64,000 nucleotides of DNA, taken from positions 288,001 to 352,000 of the forward strand of contig JBFWNL010000004.1 of assembly GCA_050251055.1 (NCBI GenBank), read 5' to 3'. Below, piece by piece: positions 52,498 to 61,481 of the stretch. Position 1 is the stretch's first letter. The number at the start of each line of letters is the position of its first letter. Source of the DNA: Bacteriovoracia bacterium. GTDB taxonomy: Bacteria > Bdellovibrionota > UBA1018 > JBFWNL01. The translations under genes were made by a program, and so were the position numbers. Below the pieces are notes generated by a model. The model worked only from the letters and a program-made list of their open reading frames with translations. It did no database searches and was not told the DNA's origin.

Positions 52498-53403
52498 ATG
52501 CCAAGCATCAAAGAACTTAAAAAACGCATCGTCACGGTGAAGAACACCCAGCAGACGACCAAGGCCATGAAGATGGTCTCGGCCGCGAAGCTGCGCCGTG
52601 CCCAAGATGCGATCACCGCGCACCGGCCGTACGCGAAGAAGTTGGGCGAATTGATCCGCCTGGTTTCGTCGATGTCGGCCACGCAGTACAGCTCGCCCCT
52701 CATCGGCGGAACGAACACCGCCAAGGGCGGTAAAGTTCTGCTCGTGCTCGTGACTTCCGATCGCGGCCTCTGCGGCGCCTTCAACGGCAACGTTTTCAAG
52801 CGTGCGCAGGCCTGGGTCAACCAGAACAAGGCGAACTACCAGGCGATCGATCTCGCCTTCGTGGGCCGCAAGAGCTTCGAGTTCTTCAAGAACCGCGGGT
52901 TGACGAAGGCGGACACCTTCTACGAAGAGTTCGGCCGCAAAGCCACGTTTGAGAGCGCGAAGAAAACGGCTAACTGGGCCATCGCCCAGTTCGAAGCGGG
53001 TAAGTACGATCGCGTGTACTTCATCTATAACGAGTTCAAGAACGCCATTTCCCAAGTTATCGTGGTGGAAAACTTCCTCCCGATCCAGCCGGAAACGGCG
53101 CAGGTGGAAGACTCGAAGTCGTCGAAAGCGGACGCGAAGGTCGACCTGTTCCTGGTGAAGCCCAGCACGAAGGAAGTGCTGGATCGTCTCTTGGCCAAGC
53201 ACTTCGCCGTGCAAGCTTACCGCATCCTGCTCGAGTCGCAAGCCTCCGAGCACGGCGCGCGCATGTCGGCGATGGAAAACGCCACGAAGAACGCCGGCGA
53301 CATGATGAAGGAACTGACGTTGAGCTACAACAAGCAACGCCAAGCCGGCATCACGAAAGAACTCTTGGAAATCATCTCGGGCAGCGAGTCCCAAAAAGGT
53401 TAA
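52498..53403 (+). CDS. atpG: ATP synthase F1 subunit gamma
   Basis: TKAMKMVSAAK, SDRGLCGAFN, SEHGARM and RQAGITKEL. Confidence 0.98.
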   Translation: MPSIKELKKRIVTVKNTQQTTKAMKMVSAAKLRRAQDAITAHRPYAKKLGELIRLVSSMSATQYSSPLIGGTNTAKGGKVLLVLVTSDRGLCGAFNGNVFKRAQAWVNQNKANYQAIDLAFVGRKSFEFFKNRGLTKADTFYEEFGRKATFESAKKTANWAIAQFEAGKYDRVYFIYNEFKNAISQVIVVENFLPIQPETAQVEDSKSSKADAKVDLFLVKPSTKEVLDRLLAKHFAVQAYRILLESQASEHGARMSAMENATKNAGDMMKELTLSYNKQRQAGITKELLEIISGSESQKG

Positions 53404-53408
53404 GGTAA

Positions 53409-54845
<1,437 letters not shown>

Positions 54846-54853
54846 AGTTTGCC

Positions 54854-54890
54854 GCCGGATCCCCAACCGCCTTACGCGGGGGGATCCGGC
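54854..54890 (+). other. Strong intercistronic stem-loop between atpD and atpC
   Basis: GCCGGATCCCC...GGGGATCCGGC, an 11-bp perfect stem. Confidence 0.8.
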
Positions 54891-54911
54891 TTGGCTTTTA
54901 GGAGATCACTC

Positions 54912-55340
54912 GTGTCGGAAGGTACGTTAAAACTCAGCATTCTTTCTCCCGAGCGGAAGCTTCTGACGGAAGTTCCCGTGAAGGAAGTCACCCTGACGGG
55001 CAGCGAAGGCCAGATCGAGATCTTGCCGGGCCACGCCCCCATGGTGGGCACGTTCGAAACCGGGCTCTTCAAAAGCACCGGCGCCGACGGCACAGGCAAA
55101 GAAGAGTTGGGCTTTATCTCGACCGGTTTCTTCGAAGTGCAGGACGACAAGGTCACCGTACTTGCCGAAGTGCTTGAGCGCAGCCAGGAGATTGACGTTG
55201 AGCGCGCCAAGCGCGCCCAGAAAAAGGCGGAAGACAAGCTGCGTGATACCAGCCTGGAAATGCAAGAGTTCAAGAAATACCAGCTGAAGCTGCAGCGCTC
55301 CTTGATTCGCCAGCAGGTCGCGGGGCGCACGCTGCACTAG
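54912..55340 (+). CDS. atpC: ATP synthase F1 subunit epsilon
   Basis: LSPER, ILPGHAP, GFFEV and IDVERA; GTG start after AGGAG. Confidence 0.95.
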   Translation: MSEGTLKLSILSPERKLLTEVPVKEVTLTGSEGQIEILPGHAPMVGTFETGLFKSTGADGTGKEELGFISTGFFEVQDDKVTVLAEVLERSQEIDVERAKRAQKKAEDKLRDTSLEMQEFKKYQLKLQRSLIRQQVAGRTLH

Positions 55341-55435
55341 GCGCGATTTCCCAAAATTAAGAAATACTTAGTCTGCTATTGCGGTAAATTTTTCCCATTT
55401 TCACGCGTCCGCGTTTTGTTATCCTTTTAGTAGAC

Positions 55436-57892
55436 GTGAACGACATCAACGGACTGAAGTCGACATCGAAGGGATCTCTCCTTCCATACTTTTTCGTGGG
55501 GCTCTGCCTCGCGTCGGCGTCCGCGTTCTCCATTGGCAAGGCGATTCAAGAGCAGGTACTCGTACCGCAAATACGGCTGAATCTGGCTGATTTCAGCTGG
55601 ATTTCGTCGATGCAACCGGGCTTCGCGCGGCTGGCGGACTCGGAAATGTCCGCGCCCACGATCGCGTTTCAAATGCCCAAATTAGATTCGTCGCTAGCGC
55701 GTTCGGTTTCAAAGCGCGTGCGTTCGGCGTCGAAGGTTTCCCGGAGTGTGCTCCCGGTTCGTTACCGCAAACAACGCTTGCTCGCGGCGGCCGACACCGT
55801 CACCGTCGCTCAGGCCCAGACTGAAATCCAGGCCAAGCAACAAATCTCAGCCAGCGAGGCTGCCCGCGCCACCGAATCGGATCTCGCATCGATGCGCCAA
55901 GCCTTTCAATCCATGCGCGGCCACTTCTTGGTGGCGTTGAATACTCAAACTCAGCCCGCGGTGGTTACTCAGCTGATTCCGCCGCTCGCTCCCGTCGCGG
56001 CGAAACCCGTGATCCCGGTGGCCCGCAAGTCCGAACCCAAGCTTCTGAGTAACTTGGAAGCGTCGGTGGCTAAGATACCGGCTAGAAAACCCGCTACGCC
56101 ACCTTCCACGTCGCTCATTCAGCGCGATTTGCAAGCCGCATCGAATCTTCCCGCCAAGGCGGAGGCCATGCCCGCACCAGCCCCGAAGGCGCCATTGTTG
56201 GCCTCGGCCAAGATGGACGCAACCACGATGAGTGATACGAAGCCGAGTACTCAGCTGAGTATTCAGCCTGCGACCGGCGCTTGGGAAAAATACAAAGCCT
56301 CCATTCAGAGGATCGTCGATCCACAAACCGAAGCGGAGCTCGAGGAGGCGGAAGCAGATCGCGAGCAAGCTCAGGTAGAACCCGTGCACACCACCCGCCG
56401 AGAAGGGATGGGAGAGGGTGACGCAGCGGTCCCGGTGACTATCCAAAAGCAGGGGAACGCCGCGCCTACCACTTCCGCTCAGATCATTATACAAGATGAT
56501 ACGACGAAGCCTTTGGTGATGAGTAGCCAACGTCCTTCGATCATCGTCCGAAAGGTGACTAACCAATCCAAGGCCGTGTATGGTCCTCCGGCTCCGGCGG
56601 CGGCACCTTCGGCCAAACCGGTCGCAGTGGCCGCGACCTCGACGCCCGCTGCTGCTTCCCCGATGCGGGTATCCTCTTCGGAAGATGAGGTGGATCCGAA
56701 CCACTCTCCGGCGCTAGCGGCATTAACTGCGGGTGACGCGGGAGTCGTGGGCTTCAATACCCCGCAAGATTACATTGTGGAAGCGTTCGAGCCGGGCGTG
56801 GATGTGTCTCGTTCCGTCGTACAGGTACTAAGCAGCGAGGGTGACGCGAAATCCTCGATTCGCAGCTGGCTCGAGATCACGGCACCCGACCACTGGAAGA
56901 CGCTCGCGTTCTGGAGCTCGCTTGCCAAGCGTGACATCCACGTGCTTTCGAACAACAGTGCCTATCTTCTTGGCAAGGTAGCGGGCCGGGGGATCCAGCC
57001 TGGTACCGGCATTGTGGTCGGCAAGGTTTCCGCAGGGTGGAGCGTGGCCTTGGAGTCCGCTAGTCCTTCGGCCGGCGGGCGCACCGACGCGGTGATTTAT
57101 CTCGATAAAAATCACCAGCCGGTCAGCGCCAATGACATCATTCAGGATCGCTACTTCGCGTTCACCAACGTGGCTCCCGGCGCGCAGCTCGTGACCGCGG
57201 TACAGGCGCTGACGGGACGCAGTGGATCCGTCGGCGTGCCCGTGCTTGCGGGGGTGTCCACCTTCATCGATCTTTCTTCAGTGAGCTACGTACCCACACA
57301 AGGTCGGGTCCTACACGCGCACGAGGCGGAAGCTTCGGGGGTGCCCGCGGTGCATGTCCAGGCCATTGGGCAAGCCGGCGGTGGCGTGATCACCAATTTT
57401 CGCGGCCAGTTTAATTTGGGGGAAATCACGGTGTTCGGTGATTATCCGGTGTATCTCGAAACTCAATCCCAGACCGGTTACAAGCATCGTTATCAGTACC
57501 ACCTACGGCGCGATCTGGAACTCTCCTTGTTTCAATTTCACGAAGAAGACATTCAAATTTGGGTGGGTCAGCTCAACGGGGGAGTTAGCCCCGAAAGCGG
57601 ATTACTGGTGGCCGCCATTCCCGACGTGATGTCCAAGCACGCGGACGAGACCCTTTATCCCACGGTGTATTCCCTGCATGAGCATGTGACCCTTGAAACC
57701 GAAACCTACCCCGTTTCAAGCGAAGGCCAGCTGCAGGTGAACCATCCGATCGAGGCCGAATCCGGCCGCTTCGTCGCGGTACAGATCCCCGAAGGTTTCT
57801 TGAACGCTCGCATCGACAACGAGCATCGCGACGCCGTGTGGTCGCGGCTATTCGTCGCCTCACCCGGCGTCGTGAACGTTATTTCCCCCTGA
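55436..57892 (+). CDS. Large hypothetical membrane-anchored/exported protein
   Basis: N-terminal hydrophobic segment, long Ala/Pro/Ser-rich region, beta-rich C-terminal half. Confidence 0.75.
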   Translation: MNDINGLKSTSKGSLLPYFFVGLCLASASAFSIGKAIQEQVLVPQIRLNLADFSWISSMQPGFARLADSEMSAPTIAFQMPKLDSSLARSVSKRVRSASKVSRSVLPVRYRKQRLLAAADTVTVAQAQTEIQAKQQISASEAARATESDLASMRQAFQSMRGHFLVALNTQTQPAVVTQLIPPLAPVAAKPVIPVARKSEPKLLSNLEASVAKIPARKPATPPSTSLIQRDLQAASNLPAKAEAMPAPAPKAPLLASAKMDATTMSDTKPSTQLSIQPATGAWEKYKASIQRIVDPQTEAELEEAEADREQAQVEPVHTTRREGMGEGDAAVPVTIQKQGNAAPTTSAQIIIQDDTTKPLVMSSQRPSIIVRKVTNQSKAVYGPPAPAAAPSAKPVAVAATSTPAAASPMRVSSSEDEVDPNHSPALAALTAGDAGVVGFNTPQDYIVEAFEPGVDVSRSVVQVLSSEGDAKSSIRSWLEITAPDHWKTLAFWSSLAKRDIHVLSNNSAYLLGKVAGRGIQPGTGIVVGKVSAGWSVALESASPSAGGRTDAVIYLDKNHQPVSANDIIQDRYFAFTNVAPGAQLVTAVQALTGRSGSVGVPVLAGVSTFIDLSSVSYVPTQGRVLHAHEAEASGVPAVHVQAIGQAGGGVITNFRGQFNLGEITVFGDYPVYLETQSQTGYKHRYQYHLRRDLELSLFQFHEEDIQIWVGQLNGGVSPESGLLVAAIPDVMSKHADETLYPTVYSLHEHVTLETETYPVSSEGQLQVNHPIEAESGRFVAVQIPEGFLNARIDNEHRDAVWSRLFVASPGVVNVISP

Positions 57893-57947
57893 ATTTTTTG
57901 GTAGATTAAAGGCGGTCAAAGGGCGAGAGAACCGGCTCGTGGTGCGG

Positions 57948-59345
57948 TCAGCTCATTTCTTCGCGATCGTCCTTGTTCGACGACAGGAGCTTGCGGGGAC
58001 CGGGGGCCAGCGGTCGGCCTACCTTGAGGCCCAACGGTTCGTCTGGCGATTGAGCCGGCGTGGCGACCATGAAGCCCATGGGTAGCACGCGTTGGCAATC
58101 CTGGACGTCCGGATTGAGCTTGCGCAAATCCATGTAAGAATACCCGCGGCGGAGCGCGAACCCCGTTAGCGTGTCGGGTTGTTCCATGCGTTTAAAGGCG
58201 ACGCTGGCCGTGCGGCCGACATTCACTTTTCCATAGAGCCAGTCTTGGTAACGATCGGCGTGCAGGAGCGCGATGAACTCGCTGTAGTAATTTTTACCCG
58301 CCCAGCCCAGGATACCGCGCTGGGAGCAGCTACCGAATATCTTGTCCAAGTGTTCGTCCGTGCGATGGCGCTTCGGGACGCGGATCAATCGAACGAGGCC
58401 GGAATGATAGGATGCGACCGTCATCGGCCAGTTACGGAAGATGGTCTGGTTGCGAGTCAGGAGTCGCGCGGCGGCGACCGTCGACTTGATCGGCGAAAGG
58501 CGCTCATCGATGCGATACTGTGGGTTGATCGTCAGAAATTCCTTGCCTGACTTCGGGATGAACTGCCATACGCCCGCCGCGCCGGCTTTGGAGAACGCGC
58601 GGAAGTTAAATGAACTTTCGACCAGGCTTAAGCGGGTCAGCTCCGGCGGAAGGCCATGTTCGCTGAATACGCGCTCCATCGTCTCCAGGAAAGGCTCGAT
58701 CGCGTTCAAACCCCGAATAACGTTGTCGCGCTGGCCGGTCTGGGTGCGGAAGTGTTTGGCAAAAAAAGAAACCGGGTGGCCGTGCTCCACGCCCGAGATG
58801 GCGCGAACGATGTTGAGCTCTTCGCGCGTGGGATAGGGATCCTGCGACTTGGCTTGGCCCTTTTTCGATAGTTTCTGAAAAGCTTTGCGGTACGCCGCGA
58901 TCGCGCGCTTCTCGAGCTTGCGACGGGTGATTTCGTAGGCGGCGCGGTTACGGCTCTTTTCCGCGAGCTCGCGGAAATCGAGGACTTCATAAATCACTTC
59001 CGGATGGTGTGAATCGAAAAGCACCAACTGGTGGGTGGAGTAGACGCTGTAAATTTTTAACCAGAACTCGATGGGGGCACGCAGGTCCGCCGGAATTTTG
59101 AACTCATCGGGCAGGCGGTTTTGCGTGTCGGCCAGCACGTCGGATACCACGCCGTTACTGATTTCGGCCCGATAAAGATTGGTGCGGGAAAGCAGGCTTT
59201 CGCGCGAGTAGCTGGAGGAGGGAACGGCACGCTGACCGGGCCAGAAGCTCCGGTCAATGGACGCGCGCGAGGAATCCATATGGAATGGCATCGAGATTCC
59301 CAGTGTCGCGATCAGAGTAAAGGATATCGCCCGTTGGACCACCAT
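57948..59345 (-). CDS. MltD-like lytic transglycosylase; start uncertain
   Basis: LVESSFN..A.S.AGAAGVWQF, DER and ASYH.G; degenerate LysM-like tail (LRKLNP). Confidence 0.88.
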   Translation of the reverse strand: MVVQRAISFTLIATLGISMPFHMDSSRASIDRSFWPGQRAVPSSSYSRESLLSRTNLYRAEISNGVVSDVLADTQNRLPDEFKIPADLRAPIEFWLKIYSVYSTHQLVLFDSHHPEVIYEVLDFRELAEKSRNRAAYEITRRKLEKRAIAAYRKAFQKLSKKGQAKSQDPYPTREELNIVRAISGVEHGHPVSFFAKHFRTQTGQRDNVIRGLNAIEPFLETMERVFSEHGLPPELTRLSLVESSFNFRAFSKAGAAGVWQFIPKSGKEFLTINPQYRIDERLSPIKSTVAAARLLTRNQTIFRNWPMTVASYHSGLVRLIRVPKRHRTDEHLDKIFGSCSQRGILGWAGKNYYSEFIALLHADRYQDWLYGKVNVGRTASVAFKRMEQPDTLTGFALRRGYSYMDLRKLNPDVQDCQRVLPMGFMVATPAQSPDEPLGLKVGRPLAPGPRKLLSSNKDDREEMS

Positions 59346-59582
59346 CACCCCTTTAAAAAGCAAGACCCTTGCCGCCCCGCCTGACACAGGCTGAGGGCGT
59401 ACAGGATTGAAAACAGGGGGATTTAGACCGGTCTGACCGCCTAAACCTTCGACGGTTGTCTTCATTCTCTACAAAACCTTTAAACACAACGCATCGCGTA
59501 TAACCCCTTGAAAAGATTCCGTAAAGCTGCTTTTTTGATGGAATATACTGAATTTATTGAGTTTTTCTGATATTTGCGACGT

Positions 59583-59813
59583 ATGTGCCCAAAACCGGAT
59601 TCGCCCCCTTCGTTCGAAAAGGTCATGGATGACTTGCAGAAAATCGTACGCCAACTCGAAGGCGGCGAGCTGAGTCTCGAGGACTCACTGAAAGCCTTCG
59701 AAGAGGGCGTGCGCCTCACGCGCGCGTGCCAGGAGTACCTTGCCCAGGCCCAGAAGCGCATCGAGATCCTTTCGCAGAACGAAGACGGAACCGTGAGCAC
59801 GCGCCCATTCTGA
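59583..59813 (+). CDS. xseB: Exodeoxyribonuclease VII small subunit
   Basis: SFE....L..IV..LE.GELSLEDSL..FEEG..L...C...L..A. Confidence 0.93.
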   Translation: MCPKPDSPPSFEKVMDDLQKIVRQLEGGELSLEDSLKAFEEGVRLTRACQEYLAQAQKRIEILSQNEDGTVSTRPF

Positions 59814-59823
59814 TGAAAACCGC

Positions 59824-60567
59824 ATGAAGAAACGACTGGACGTGACGCTCGTCGAGCGCGGCTTGGCGAGCTCGCGCGAAAAAGCCCAAAGCCTGATCCT
59901 GGCGGGGCAAGTTCTCGTGAACGATGAGCCCGTGACCAAGGCGGGAGCTGCCGTCACCGATTCTCAGCAGATACGCCTGCGGGAAGAGGAGCACCCGTAT
60001 GTATCACGTGGAGGGCTGAAGCTGGAGGCCGCGCTCGTAGCCTTTGGGATCGACCCCCAAGGAAAGATCGCGCTTGATGTTGGTGCTTCGACGGGTGGAT
60101 TCACGCACGTGCTTTTATTGCGGGGCATACAGCGAGTGCACGCCCTGGATGTAGGCCACAATCAAATGGATTGGAAAATCCGTTCAGACGCCCGGGTGAA
60201 AGTCTATGAGGGGGTAAACGCGCGCCACCTGGATCCGGCGCTCCTGGGTGAAAAGGTGGATCTGATCGTCGTGGACGTGTCCTTTATTTCCTTGAGCAAA
60301 ATACTTCCGGCGTTGATTCCGGTCGCGCATGCCCAAACGGACTGGATAACGCTCGTGAAGCCGCAGTTCGAAGTAGGTCGCGAGAAAGTGGGAAAGGGTG
60401 GAATCGTTCAGTCGGAAACCGACCGTCAAGATTGTCTCGCACGCGTGAAAAGCGATGCTGAATCTTTTGGCCTGAGCCAAGTGGGCTTGATAGACTCTCC
60501 CATTACGGGGGGCAAAGGAAACAAAGAGTTTTTGGCCCATTGGAGATTGGGCGCGATTTCGCCATGA
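59824..60567 (+). CDS. tlyA: TlyA family rRNA 2'-O-methyltransferase
   Basis: S4 domain RLDV, YVSRGGLKL, DVGASTGGFT, DVSFISL and KPQFE. Confidence 0.96.
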   Translation: MKKRLDVTLVERGLASSREKAQSLILAGQVLVNDEPVTKAGAAVTDSQQIRLREEEHPYVSRGGLKLEAALVAFGIDPQGKIALDVGASTGGFTHVLLLRGIQRVHALDVGHNQMDWKIRSDARVKVYEGVNARHLDPALLGEKVDLIVVDVSFISLSKILPALIPVAHAQTDWITLVKPQFEVGREKVGKGGIVQSETDRQDCLARVKSDAESFGLSQVGLIDSPITGGKGNKEFLAHWRLGAISP

Positions 60568-61481
60568 GATTCCTACGCATCATCTTTATTTCATTTTTTG
60601 TTTCGGGTCTCGTTTCGTTTGGGATGTCCTGCGCGACCGCGCCGAAGTCATCCGATGCGAAGCCCGTGTTCGGTCCTGAACCGGGGCCGGATCCGACGGT
60701 CACCGCGCCGCCTCCGGATGTTTCCGAACAGGGTCCGCAGCCCCTGCCTTCGGTGTACGGCCCGAAAGGGCTCGAAGTATATCCCATTATTCTCGTGCTC
60801 GGTCCCGGGCTCGCCCGGGGGTACGCTTACGCGGGCGTCCTGCGCGCGTTGCACGACGCGAAGATACCCATCAGCCACATCGTCGGCTTGGAAATGGGCG
60901 CCGTGATGGGCGGGATTTATACGCGTAGTAAAACCGTGAACGAATTCGAGTGGACCTTGATGAAGCTCAAGCCCGAGGCGTTCTCGGCCGATCCGGACAA
61001 CTTCGAGCGGAAGCTCACCGAACTCATTGGACACGCCGACTTTTCGCATACCCGCATCAGTTTCCGCGCGGGCGTGCATTCGCCGGACAACGGAAAGTTT
61101 TCCTGGCTCGAACGGGGTGATCTCGCGAAGGCATTACGTCTTTCTTTTTTTCAGGAAGGCCGTATCACGCGGCCTTTTCCCGTGGAAGATGCCCGCACGC
61201 TGGCTTCCGGTCCCGTGGTGGTGGTTGACGTCGTGAACGAGGCGTCGATCGCCAAGGATGAAACGGATCTTGCGGAAAAGCATTATCATCGCAAGCTGGC
61301 CGAAGCCAAGCGCCAGGATATGGCGGAGTACCAACGCGCGGATCTCGTCATCCGGCCCGTCATTAAGGGCGTTAAGTATTTCGATTATACGCAAAAGACC
61401 AAGTTGTCGTTCGCGGGAAAGCAGGCCGTGCAGAAGGCCATGGCCGAATTGAAGCGCTTAACGGGAGTTACCAAACCATGA
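60564..61481 (+). CDS. Patatin-fold lipoprotein, probably inactive
   Basis: Lipobox GMSC; LGPGLARG glycine loop; GLEMG in place of GxSxG. Confidence 0.75.
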   Translation: MRFLRIIFISFFVSGLVSFGMSCATAPKSSDAKPVFGPEPGPDPTVTAPPPDVSEQGPQPLPSVYGPKGLEVYPIILVLGPGLARGYAYAGVLRALHDAKIPISHIVGLEMGAVMGGIYTRSKTVNEFEWTLMKLKPEAFSADPDNFERKLTELIGHADFSHTRISFRAGVHSPDNGKFSWLERGDLAKALRLSFFQEGRITRPFPVEDARTLASGPVVVVDVVNEASIAKDETDLAEKHYHRKLAEAKRQDMAEYQRADLVIRPVIKGVKYFDYTQKTKLSFAGKQAVQKAMAELKRLTGVTKP

